Origin: an uncultured Desulfurococcaceae archaeon
GTDB lineage: Archaea > Thermoproteota > Thermoprotei_A > Sulfolobales > NBVN01
NCBI GenBank assembly: GCA_964641155.1
Contig: CAZXJO010000006.1
Span: 38,393-102,392 of the forward strand
Length of the DNA stretch: 64,000 nucleotides
Reading direction: 5' to 3'
Both the position numbers and the translations under genes were made by a program. This document shows positions 17,976-26,508 of this stretch, piece after piece. The notes beneath the pieces were generated by a model. That model did no database searches, was not told the DNA's origin, and saw only the letters and a program-made list of their open reading frames with translations. How positions within the stretch are numbered: the first letter of the stretch is position 1; every line of letters begins with the position of its first letter.

Positions 17976-18488
17976 TTACGTCATTTGTTTCGCGTATATT
18001 TTCAGTGTTAGATCCCATAGTTCGTCGCCTACGTGGTGTAGGTTTTTCACTGCTTTCCCCTTCTTCATTTCCTTAATCGTTTTTGAGTCTGCGAGTGCTT
18101 TCCCCACAACTATTGGTGCCTGTTTCTTAGGTTCCCACACGCTCACTATCTCATCCTTTCCGAATTCCTCGAGCTCTATTATGCCTGGTGCCATTACGTC
18201 AGCCCCGTTTATTAAGTGTTTTACTGCTCCCTCATCGACTACTGCCTTAGGTACTAGGTCCCTCAGCCTCAGCTTTATGAGTAGTAGTGTTGGTATGTAG
18301 GTGGTTCCGTACGTACTGAATGCGGGCATTCCGTTAAGGAGTATCACATCTAGGTCATCTTCCCTCACTACCGTTACTTCATCGACTTCTCGGATGAGTT
18401 CAGATGCCTTCGGGTAGGTAGTTACTAACGTGTCCTTAATCTGGTTCGCTTCCTTCTTCCTCAGCTTGATTAGGTTCAGAGGGGTCAC
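17976..18488 (-). CDS. PUA-domain RNA-binding protein (COG2016-like)
   Basis: C-terminal PUA pattern AVVDEGAVKHLINGADVMAPGI...VGKALADS. 170 aa. Confidence 0.75.
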   Translation of the reverse strand: MTPLNLIKLRKKEANQIKDTLVTTYPKASELIREVDEVTVVREDDLDVILLNGMPAFSTYGTTYIPTLLLIKLRLRDLVPKAVVDEGAVKHLINGADVMAPGIIELEEFGKDEIVSVWEPKKQAPIVVGKALADSKTIKEMKKGKAVKNLHHVGDELWDLTLKIYAKQMT

Positions 18489-18557
18489 CCCATAAGTTAG
18501 TTGAAGTTAGCTTTTTAACCACCCCCTAGATACTCTTAAATGTAGGTCGATGTTTGG

Positions 18558-18782
18558 ATGAGTGATACGGCTCAGAAGCTGCTTCAGGAATCTGTGGGAA
18601 GCACTGTCCTGGTTAAGTTGAGGAGTGGTAAGGAGCTGAGGGGAACCCTCAGGAGCTTCGATCAGCACTTGAACTTAGTCATCGAGGACGCTGAGGAGAT
18701 CCTCTCGGAGAGCAGTAGGAGGTTGGGTACCGTAGTTATTAGGGGGGAGAACGTCCTCCTCATATCCCCTGCAACTAGGTGA
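18558..18782 (+). CDS. Sm-like archaeal protein (LSm/SmAP)
   Basis: Sm1/Sm2 motifs [31 protein letters not shown]...VVIRGENV. Conserved pairing with the downstream L37e gene. Confidence 0.9.
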   Translation: MSDTAQKLLQESVGSTVLVKLRSGKELRGTLRSFDQHLNLVIEDAEEILSESSRRLGTVVIRGENVLLISPATR

Positions 18783-18787
18783 TGTAG

Positions 18788-18973
18788 GTGAAGGGCACAC
18801 CCTCCATGGGTAAGATGAATAAGGGTAAGACTCACATAAGGTGTAGGAGGTGTGGTAGGCACTCATACAACGTCTCTAAGGGTTACTGCGCTGCCTGCGG
18901 CTTCGGCAGGGGTTCTAGGATTAGGAGGTACTCCTGGAGCAGTAAGAAGGTCAACGGGGTAAGGATTAAATAA
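18788..18973 (+). CDS. rpl37e: 50S ribosomal protein L37e
   Basis: [37 protein letters not shown] is the L37e zinc ribbon. Confidence 0.95.
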   Translation: MKGTPSMGKMNKGKTHIRCRRCGRHSYNVSKGYCAACGFGRGSRIRRYSWSSKKVNGVRIK

Positions 18974-18995
18974 TTCGGTGGTAGGGAACTATTAA

Positions 18996-19253
18996 ATGCC
19001 GCTTAAGAAGATCGTCTTAGACGTCTTGAAGCCCCTCAAAGGCCCTTCACTCGTTGAGATAGCTCAAACGCTGTCCAGCTTGGAGGGTATTACGCAGGTA
19101 ACTGTCACAGTCAATGAGATAGATGTTGAGACAGCCACGCTCACGATAACCATTGAGGGGGATTCAATCAACTACGACCTAGTTAAAGAGAGTATTGAGG
19201 ATTTGGGCGGCATAATCCACAGCATAGACCAGGTCATAGCCTCATCTCCTTAA
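18996..19253 (+). CDS. DUF211-family protein
   Basis: KKIVLDVLKPLKGPSLVEIA...EIDVETATLTITIEGDSINYD...GGIIHSIDQV matches the DUF211/COG1888 pattern as I recall it. Confidence 0.7.
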   Translation: MPLKKIVLDVLKPLKGPSLVEIAQTLSSLEGITQVTVTVNEIDVETATLTITIEGDSINYDLVKESIEDLGGIIHSIDQVIASSP

Positions 19254-19279
19254 AGACCTCTTAACCCACATACGTTGTT

Positions 19280-20434
19280 ATGGAGATCCTCAACCTACTA
19301 ATAGCTCTGACGTTCTCCAGGGTCCTAGCCTTCCTGGCTGAGGGCTCCGGCATTGCTTCCCTAACGACATACATCCTAAGCGGTTACATCCTTAGCCAAC
19401 CCTTCCTTGGGGTGGTCTCCGAATTCGATGAATCACTCCTCGACCTCTCCCTCATTACGCTATTCTTCTACGTGGGCTTGAACGTTGATTTAAGGATCAG
19501 CATGCCTGTGTTAAAGGAGGCCTTACTGATCAGCTCTTTAGGCGTTCTAACCACCTTAGCCGCCGTCACCTTGGCAGCTAACTTCGTCGGTATTGACTTG
19601 ATGACATCCTTAATAATTGCTTTAGCCCTATCCAACACTGCCACGGAGGTGGTCTTCCTAACACTTAAGCCCGCCGACCTCACCGGCGAAGTGGTTAGGA
19701 GGGTCTTAATCACCTCCAGCTTCTTCGATGACGTCTTAATGATCGGCTTCATATCCGTTTTAGGTGCTGTGAGCTCAGGTGGTTGGGAACTAACGTTCCA
19801 CGCCCTCAGGCAGGTCTTGTTCGCATTATCCGTACTCGCTTTAGGCCTCACACTCACTAAGGCGTTGTCCAGGAAATTAATCACTCATAGGTTGATAACC
19901 AACGCAGCGGTCCTAACGCTCTTCACGGTGACCCTAACTGGTTACCTAGTCGGGGTGGACTTAGCGTTCAGCGCGTACTTCGGTGGGATAGCCTTAGGCA
20001 TGCTGAGGTTTGTGAGGGACCCGATGCTGGTCAACATCGTGAGGCTTAACGACTTAATCCAATACTTTAGTGAGGTGTTGGACATTTTCTTAATACCTAT
20101 CTTCTTCCTGCACGTAGGGGCTGGCCTCAACTTAAGCCACGTCCTCACCCCCGAATTCGCCGCGATCATCGCATCGGCGTGGATGGGTAAGTTCTTAGGC
20201 TGTTCCATACCCCACATTGTTAGGGGGGATTTAAGGAAGGGAGTGATGTACGGGATCGTCATGAACGCCCGCGGCGGTCTGGAATCGGTCGTCGCCGCAA
20301 TCGCTTTGAAGCACGGACTCCTCACCCCAGCACTCTACAGCGTGGTCGTGGTCACTGCCGTAACCTCATCCATTGCCGTCCCAGTCCTCGCAACAGTCAT
20401 GCAGAAGCGCTTAAGGGCTTACCGACCTAGGTGA
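19280..20434 (+). CDS. Cation:proton antiporter (CPA2/Na+/H+ exchanger family)
   Basis: 384-aa polytopic membrane protein with Na_H_exchanger-like helices (LSNTATEVV, ARGGLESVVA). Confidence 0.7.
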   Translation: MEILNLLIALTFSRVLAFLAEGSGIASLTTYILSGYILSQPFLGVVSEFDESLLDLSLITLFFYVGLNVDLRISMPVLKEALLISSLGVLTTLAAVTLAANFVGIDLMTSLIIALALSNTATEVVFLTLKPADLTGEVVRRVLITSSFFDDVLMIGFISVLGAVSSGGWELTFHALRQVLFALSVLALGLTLTKALSRKLITHRLITNAAVLTLFTVTLTGYLVGVDLAFSAYFGGIALGMLRFVRDPMLVNIVRLNDLIQYFSEVLDIFLIPIFFLHVGAGLNLSHVLTPEFAAIIASAWMGKFLGCSIPHIVRGDLRKGVMYGIVMNARGGLESVVAAIALKHGLLTPALYSVVVVTAVTSSIAVPVLATVMQKRLRAYRPR

Positions 20435-20486
20435 AAGGCTTAAAAAGTTTTAATGCGTTTAAGGCTTAGTCATCAGAGGTGGTGGT

Positions 20487-21140
20487 GTGGTAGAGTTTAA
20501 GGTAGTGGTTTCAGACCCTGAAGCAAGTGGTAAGGCAGTGGTGGTTAAGGCCATCAGCTCGGAGAACCTTAAGTACTCGCAGGATGAGAAGTCCGGTAAG
20601 GCGTTACCCACAGCTTTAATTAATCAAACCACCTTAAACTTAATTAGCCCTCCCTACGGAGTAGTGACCTTAAGGGTCTGGAAGGATAGGTCTAAGAATG
20701 AGAAGGTTAAACTCACCTTCAGGGTTAAGGTATCGAATGATGTCCCAGATAACACCGTCTACGTTCCTAAGGACTTACTCGCTGAGAAGTTAGGCGTTGA
20801 CGAAGTTATCGGTGAGTTATTCCGTTCTAAGTCCTTCCAAGTAGTCGTTGAGGGTGATAGGGCTAGGAGGTTGGCGGGTTTAAGGGTTGGGGATGTGGTG
20901 GATTCCTCGTTGGTGGGCATCCCGGGGAAATTACTCCGCATAACAGGCGGTAGTGATAACTCAGGCTTCCCGGTAATTCCCTCACTGCCCGGTCAGGCTA
21001 AGAAGGCGTTGCTCCTCACATCACCTCCTGGGTACATACCTAAGGAGGATGGTGAGAGGAGGAGGAAGTTCGTTAGGGGGAACACCATAAGTGAGGAGTT
21101 AGTTCAGATCAACACGGTGCTGACCTCACCAACTAAGTAG
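20487..21140 (+). CDS. rps6e: 30S ribosomal protein S6e
   Basis: FKVVVSDPE...RITGGSDNSGFP...RRRKFVRGN are typical S6e motifs. Confidence 0.9.
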   Translation: MVEFKVVVSDPEASGKAVVVKAISSENLKYSQDEKSGKALPTALINQTTLNLISPPYGVVTLRVWKDRSKNEKVKLTFRVKVSNDVPDNTVYVPKDLLAEKLGVDEVIGELFRSKSFQVVVEGDRARRLAGLRVGDVVDSSLVGIPGKLLRITGGSDNSGFPVIPSLPGQAKKALLLTSPPGYIPKEDGERRRKFVRGNTISEELVQINTVLTSPTK

Positions 21141-21579
21141 TTGGTGAGGCCACGTCAACGACCTTCACCTGCACGTTACTTAGCTCCAATTTCTTAGGGC
21201 AGTCAACGCTGCCTAAGACCTTGAGTACCTTGACCTTAACGGGCATTACTATGAGTTCGGGAACGCATCTAGGGTAGTTACCGCACTTCGTACGCTCGCA
21301 TACCATCTTAACGTAAGTTAGGGTCATGCCCTCAACCGCTACCTTACGGCTCAGCGCTAAGTCCACAGTTGCCTCCTTGACCTCGACAGTTGTGACGTAT
21401 TCGTTTATGGGGCACCTGTTCCTTATGTTGTGTACTTTAACTACTTCGTAGACCTGCCCAACCTTCAACTTACCGTTGCATACGTAGTTAAACCTGCAGT
21501 TAAGGCATTCCGGTGAGGGGCCGGTGAACACGAACTTAAATCCTTCCTTAGCTGTTAAGTAGCTGATTAGCGTTATCAC
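21133..21579 (-). CDS. UPF0179-family Cys-rich protein
   Basis: MITLISYLTAKEGFKFVFTGPSPECLNCRFNYVC... The size and Cys pattern match UPF0179/COG1860 as I recall it. Confidence 0.6.
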   Translation of the reverse strand: MITLISYLTAKEGFKFVFTGPSPECLNCRFNYVCNGKLKVGQVYEVVKVHNIRNRCPINEYVTTVEVKEATVDLALSRKVAVEGMTLTYVKMVCERTKCGNYPRCVPELIVMPVKVKVLKVLGSVDCPKKLELSNVQVKVVDVASPTT

Positions 21580-21591
21580 CTAACCCACCGA

Positions 21592-22650
21592 CTACGTGAT
21601 CACTCCGGTAATGCTTGCTAACCTCTCAGCAGCTTCCCAAGTAAGCCCTGACTCACCTAGGATCGTGTACCTATCAGGCCTTATCCTATGCGCTATTGTT
21701 AACGCCTCAATGACCTTAAAGTCTGGGATGCCTAACTCCTTAGCAGTTGTTGGGAGCCCCAACCTCCTGACCGTTAGGGCTAACTTCCTCCAGTTCCTCC
21801 CGTGGAGGTAGCTCATCATTATAGTTCCTAAAGCCACCTGCTCACCGTGGAGTGCGGGGTAGTTGGCGACTAAGTCCAACGCATGGCTGAAGAGGTGCTC
21901 TGACCCGCTCGCAGGCCTAGTACTGCCGGCTATGCACATAGCCACCGAACTACTTATTAAGCCCTCAACAACTATCCTCACCCCTTCAGGGGAGCCCGTG
22001 GAGATCAGCTCACTGTAGTTGATTACGTGCTTAGCTGAGAGCAGGGCAAGGGAGGCTGAGTACCCCCCGTAGTACTCACCTTTGAGCCTGTGAGCCAGTT
22101 CCCAGTCAAGAACTGCGGTGAACTTACCTATTAAGTCCCCCGAACCTGCGAGTAACAACCTCTTAGGGGCGTTACCTATGACTGATATATCAGCGACTAT
22201 AGCTATCGGGGTCCGGGACTTGACCGATACCACGCTACCCGTACCACGTATTGATGAGAATGGGGATGCTACGCCGTCATGTGAGGCTGCGGTAGGGACG
22301 CTTACGAATGGAATGCTTAGGTTGTTGGCCACGCACTTAGACACATCTATCACCTTACCACCTCCCACACCCACTACGAAGTCCATTCCCTTGCCTGTGT
22401 AGGAGTTAACAATCTCTTCAACGGAGTCCGACGTCGGGGAACTCACCACAGCCTCCTCAACTTCGAAGTCATGACTCAACAGAAGATCCACCAACTTACC
22501 CCCCACCAACTTCATGACGTTGGGGCCTGAAATCACTAGGCCCCTCCCACCAATACGCAATTCCTTAACAACCTTAGGGACGTCCTCTATGACGCCGTCA
22601 CCCACTATAACCTTTTTAGGTAGGTCAATCACGTGTTTCCCAGCGTTCAA
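21592..22650 (-). CDS. egsA: sn-Glycerol-1-phosphate dehydrogenase
   Basis: 352-aa Fe-ADH/dehydroquinate-synthase-like fold: [30 protein letters not shown]. This is the archaeal lipid backbone enzyme. TTG start at 22650. Confidence 0.85.
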   Translation of the reverse strand: MNAGKHVIDLPKKVIVGDGVIEDVPKVVKELRIGGRGLVISGPNVMKLVGGKLVDLLLSHDFEVEEAVVSSPTSDSVEEIVNSYTGKGMDFVVGVGGGKVIDVSKCVANNLSIPFVSVPTAASHDGVASPFSSIRGTGSVVSVKSRTPIAIVADISVIGNAPKRLLLAGSGDLIGKFTAVLDWELAHRLKGEYYGGYSASLALLSAKHVINYSELISTGSPEGVRIVVEGLISSSVAMCIAGSTRPASGSEHLFSHALDLVANYPALHGEQVALGTIMMSYLHGRNWRKLALTVRRLGLPTTAKELGIPDFKVIEALTIAHRIRPDRYTILGESGLTWEAAERLASITGVIT

Positions 22651-22767
22651 CGTCTTAACACTCTACTAAGGATTTACGGATAGAGGGTTTTAAACATATG
22701 TAGGCCGCGGGCATCGAGCCACGTCGTAAGGGCTATAAGGTTATAACGCTTCCAGCAGTTATTGATC

Positions 22768-22824
22768 GCGGGTGATGTGTTTTTAAATCTCTGACAGGTG
22801 ATGTCGCGGTGGCTGTCTGAACTC
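22768..22824 (+). ncRNA. C/D box sRNA (symmetrical, both guides 12 nt)
   Basis: C GTGATGT (22772-22778), guide GTTTTTAAATCT, D' CTGA (22791-22794) and spacer CAG. Then C' GTGATGT (22798-22804), guide CGCGGTGGCTGT (22805-22816) and D CTGA (22817-22820). The D guide is complementary to the conserved 16S 530-loop sequence CAGCCGCCGCG. Confidence 0.7.
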
Positions 22825-23210
22825 AAACCCAATCAACCACTTTTCTCGGAGCTTATCCGTCCACGGCCTCATCGGACTGTGGGTGGGGTAGTCGGTCGTT
22901 TAGTCGTTCAACGGTGTTCGGAATCCTAACCTCTTGAGGGATGCAGCACTTTATCTAAGTCGTTGGTGTCTCCGATCATTTGATGATTTATAACTGGTAA
23001 TACCGTGATAATTTACTTAATTTGTAGTGATGGATGACTCGGTAAGTCACCTAATACATCAGCTCATCAGCTAATCCGTAGGGAAGGACGCAGCGATACG
23101 GTCTCAACGCCTAATCAGTCAACAACCCTGCTTAATCCCTCATGCGCAGGCTCTGTAATAATCTTATAGGGCTTTCAGCAACTAACTGCTAATGTTTGGA
23201 GGTGTGATGA

Positions 23211-24596
23211 TTGAGGCGTGGTTCGGTGACGACTATTGAGGGCTATAGGAATGAAGTAGTTGGTGGACCCATAGTTAGGACCCTCCTTAAGTTGGGCCTC
23301 CCCCTAATGATCGTACAACTTGTCCACATATCCTACAACGTAGCGGATGCGTTCTGGCTGAGCAAGTACAGCGACGTAGCTATGGCGGTGCCTAGGCAGG
23401 TTTGGCCCCTACTCATGTTCTTCAACGCCGTCTTAATGGCCTTATCCACAGCTAATATGGCGCTACTCTCGCAGTACGTTGGTGCGAGGAGGTACGGAGA
23501 CGCAAGCAGTACGGCATCTAAGTTCCTCACTGTAGCGGCATTGCTAGGGGTGGGGTCAGGCATTACCTACCTATCCATAAGGTACTACGTATTTAGGTAC
23601 ATCATAATACCTCCGGAGGAGATATTCGGTGACGTAATGGATTATTCAGGCATAATCGCCTTCGACCTAATCTTGTCAGGGTTCGCGATAACTTACTCCA
23701 CAATACTTCAGTCAGTGGGGGATACTAAGACACCGGCTATTGTCGGCGGTATATCAGCTCTAACTAACATTGTATTGGATCCGTTACTAATACTTGGAGT
23801 ACCTCCCTTCCCCAGGATGGGTGTTGTTGGGGCAGCCGTCGCGACGGTGCTCGCAAGGCTTGCCGGCGTGGCTGCGTTAATTGCCTTAACCAGTCGTAAG
23901 TTCCCCGACTTAAAGGTCACCCTGACTAAGGACGTCAGCGGTGAGTGGGTCGTTAAAAACTTAACCATAGGTGGGCCGATACTCTTATTCCACGCATCCA
24001 ACAGTCTGGCGTTTATGTTTCAGAACGCCTTAGTGAATTCCTTCGGCGTCATCGTAGCTGCGGCATTTGCCGTAGGGTTCATAGTGATGGAGATAGCTGA
24101 TGCGGCGATATGGGGCCTCACCACACCGACAGCTATAATGATCGGTCAGAACTTAGGCGCGGGCAATTTAAGTCGTTGCAGATTGATAGCTTACAATGCC
24201 TCAATCGCCCTAGGCGCTCTAACCACAGCTGGCTCCATAGCGGTGTATCTACTACGAGTTCCCCTCATAGCGGTCTTCACCTCGGACGCCTTAATAGCGA
24301 GTGAAGCCGTTACATTTTTAAGTACTTTCATTTTTACGTTACCTTTCTTCGCCTTATTCTTCGTCGGTATGTCCGTGGGGAGGGGTTCAGGACATACGTT
24401 AATACCTACCGTGTTGGGGGTCGTGAGGCTGTGGGTAATTCGAGTAGGCCTCGGCTACGTGCTCGCCTACCACATGGGTTTGAACTCATACGGTATCTGG
24501 GTTGCGATGGCACTCAGTAACGTGATAAGCGGCACAGCTGCCCTAGCATGGATAAAGTACGGTGACTGGGACAAGCCAGTTATTAGGAAGTCTTAA
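23211..24596 (+). CDS. MATE-family efflux transporter
   Basis: 12-TM protein with the N-terminal pattern PIVRTLLKLGLPLMIVQLVHISYNVADAFWLS typical of MatE. Confidence 0.85.
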   Translation: MRRGSVTTIEGYRNEVVGGPIVRTLLKLGLPLMIVQLVHISYNVADAFWLSKYSDVAMAVPRQVWPLLMFFNAVLMALSTANMALLSQYVGARRYGDASSTASKFLTVAALLGVGSGITYLSIRYYVFRYIIIPPEEIFGDVMDYSGIIAFDLILSGFAITYSTILQSVGDTKTPAIVGGISALTNIVLDPLLILGVPPFPRMGVVGAAVATVLARLAGVAALIALTSRKFPDLKVTLTKDVSGEWVVKNLTIGGPILLFHASNSLAFMFQNALVNSFGVIVAAAFAVGFIVMEIADAAIWGLTTPTAIMIGQNLGAGNLSRCRLIAYNASIALGALTTAGSIAVYLLRVPLIAVFTSDALIASEAVTFLSTFIFTLPFFALFFVGMSVGRGSGHTLIPTVLGVVRLWVIRVGLGYVLAYHMGLNSYGIWVAMALSNVISGTAALAWIKYGDWDKPVIRKS

Positions 24597-25225
24597 ACCG
24601 GTGTAGGCTTCTGCACCGCTGAGTGCTTCCTAACGCTATCCCCTAACGCTATGTAGAGGAGTATTAAACCAACAACCACCAGTATCGGTAAGAGTATGCC
24701 CGCTATGAGCAATATCCCGGAAATCAAGTACAGTGAGTCGCCTTCAACGTTGTTGAGCTTCAGGCAGAGAACGACCATACCCACGTTGCCTAAGATGATT
24801 ATGATGCCACCCAAGATAATTACAGCGAAACCGAAGAAGGTTAAGAATGGTAGGAAGGCAGCGCCCACCAAGACAACTACTAAGCCCCACACATATCCCA
24901 GCTTAATCAACTTCGTCGAAGTTGAGAACTCAGAGTTAACGCGGGCTAAATCAGAAGTACCGGGAATGAACTTCAAGTAAAAACCAACTAAAGCCAACAC
25001 ACCGCCAATAAGTATTAGAGCTAATGCAGAGATCAGAGCACCTATTACAGGTACGAAGACCCTGCCTAACGGAGCACCCATATGAGGCCCTGCAGCCGCA
25101 AAGACACCTGCAGCAACAACCACTAAGGAAATCCCAAGCAATACCCAACCAATCAATATGTATAGGAGACCTTGACGCATCTTAGTGAACGCACCAACAA
25201 CGTCGGGCTGATTCTGAGCAGTCAT
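24593..25225 (-). CDS. Integral membrane protein, unknown function
   Basis: 210-aa ORF with about 5-6 hydrophobic helices. It overlaps the convergent MATE gene end by 4 nt. No family recognised. Confidence 0.5.
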   Translation of the reverse strand: MTAQNQPDVVGAFTKMRQGLLYILIGWVLLGISLVVVAAGVFAAAGPHMGAPLGRVFVPVIGALISALALILIGGVLALVGFYLKFIPGTSDLARVNSEFSTSTKLIKLGYVWGLVVVLVGAAFLPFLTFFGFAVIILGGIIIILGNVGMVVLCLKLNNVEGDSLYLISGILLIAGILLPILVVVGLILLYIALGDSVRKHSAVQKPTPV

Positions 25226-25337
25226 GGATCAACACATCACTTACATAGTTCCATCAAATCTTTTAAACATTGCAGAGGCATGGCGCACTTAAAGCTCGTC
25301 AGCTGAGTTAAGGACAGACCCCCAGTACAGGAGTGCG

Positions 25338-26125
25338 TTGACCTTCATCATTTCCAACGCCGACGAACTGGGGGAACCCCTACCATACGTGCCTTCACCG
25401 TCAAAACGTACAGCTACACTACACCTCCTTAAGCGTGTATGTGCTCCGTCAGGTTTGATTTATGGAGTGGTTAGGGGTTGCAGTATGTGGAATAAGAGGG
25501 CTATTGTCAGGAATGCGATGAAGGTCACCACGGCGCCGGCTGCGATACCCTCATACGGTATGGATGACTCTGACCCCCTCTCACCCTGCATCCTCCTCAC
25601 TCCCTCCAGTACTCCCAGGAACCACGGAATCCTCTCCAGGAGCTCCTCCTCAGCCTTTCCGGGGTTGGGTCGAGGGGGACCCTCCCCAACTTACCTGACG
25701 TACCCCATATGCACGGCACTACTGGAGTACTGCCACGCTGCCCACGGTTGATTACGGCTGTGACCGTAACGGTTATGGATGCTAGGAGGGCACCCATAGC
25801 GCCCGCCCCCACCCCACGCGATGTTAGAGCTGTAATGAACGTCACCACTGATATGGCTGTGAAGGTAATTTCGTACAGTAAGGACCTCCCAAACATCCCC
25901 GAAGTTCGATCGGGGGGACTCCCCTTAAATTACCTGACCCATCCAGTACGTACGACATTATTGGGCAGTAGGAGAGGAGGTTCCGTACTCGCGCTGGGAC
26001 CTTACTACGTAGCTTACTCCTCAATAGGAGTGGCTATATTGATGTCTACGAAGAATGGGGTGAATGTGAGGGCGAGCACCACCTCACGAGTTACGGATAG
26101 CTGCATTAGCGCGACCCAAACCTAG
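25338..26125 (+). pseudogene. Three-unit tandem-repeat protein gene interrupted by one frameshift (or two overlapping ORFs 25338..25751 and 25709..26125)
   Basis: Three degenerate ~240-300-bp units each encode G-[GE]-x-x-P-x-Y-[LV]-x-x-P...T-x-L-L and V-R-x-x-M-[KN]-V-T-T-like motifs. In units 1 and 3 both motifs share a frame. In unit 2 they differ by one nt, with the shift lying between 25736 and 25750. Confidence 0.4.
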
Positions 26126-26415
26126 GTTAGCACCACAATTTATGTTTTGGAGTTCTACGCTCGTTTATGGGTAAATTACCGCCCCAGGGTTCTAGAATTA
26201 ATTACCCTCGGCTAGGTTGGAACACGGCCCTACGGCTTTAATGTGTGGTAGTTAGAATGTTTGGGTGTGGACCTCTATGCCTGAGCTCTCAGCTAATCCC
26301 CTAGCCTTACTGTCTACGTAGGGTGAGACTACGACCGATCTTGGGGTGGTCCCTGTAACCCTTTTGTAGAGTTCTGATATCCTCCAGAACTCGTAGATAT
26401 CACCCCTGGATACGC

Positions 26416-26503
26416 GAAAATCTAAAATAGAATTGAAAGGTTACTACCACCCCACTACTGGGGCAGGCTCTTGAGGCTAGAAAATTTAAAATAAGATTGA
26501 AAG
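26416..26503 (+). CRISPR. Orphan CRISPR-like mini-array (2 repeats, 1 spacer)
   Basis: R1 GAAAATCTAAAATAGAATTGAAAG (26416-26439) and R2 GAAAATTTAAAATAAGATTGAAAG (26480-26503) are 21/24 identical. They flank a 40-nt spacer GTTACTACCACCCCACTACTGGGGCAGGCTCTTGAGGCTA. The 24-nt repeat ending in ATTGAAAG is the crenarchaeal type I-A/III repeat family. Confidence 0.65.
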
Positions 26504-26508
26504 TATGT

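Noticed and set aside
22979-23075. Several UGAUGA-like boxes (TTGATGA 22980, GTGATGG 23027, minus-strand CTGATGA 23069-23063) suggesting more C/D sRNAs
   Set aside because: No CUGA D box lies at the required ~12-nt or ~50-nt spacing on the corresponding strand.
22830-23210. RNase P RNA (including the minimal Thermoproteaceae type) or SRP RNA in the ORF-free gap
   Set aside because: I could not find the conserved CR-I/CR-V-like strings (GGAAAGUCC, ACAGAA...GGCUUA) or the SRP helix-8 GNAR/AGCA motifs on either strand. This is not excluded, only unsupported.
25709-25751. Programmed -1 ribosomal frameshift joining ORFs 25338..25751 and 25709..26125
   Set aside because: No X-XXY-YYZ slippery heptamer or obvious downstream stimulatory structure lies in the overlap. 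An indel (pseudogene or assembly error) is the simpler explanation.
25597-25896. 99-aa minus-strand ORF that looks like a 2-TM membrane protein (MFGRSLLYEITFTAISVVTFITALT...), plus smaller flanking minus-strand ORFs with similar VVTFI and GVPP motifs
   Set aside because: Its residues are almost all NTN/NCN codons, as expected from antisense reading of a plus-strand frame with purine-rich first positions. Explaining all three repeat units on the minus strand needs several stops or frameshifts, against one on the plus strand. It is kept as an alternative in the finding but not called as a feature.
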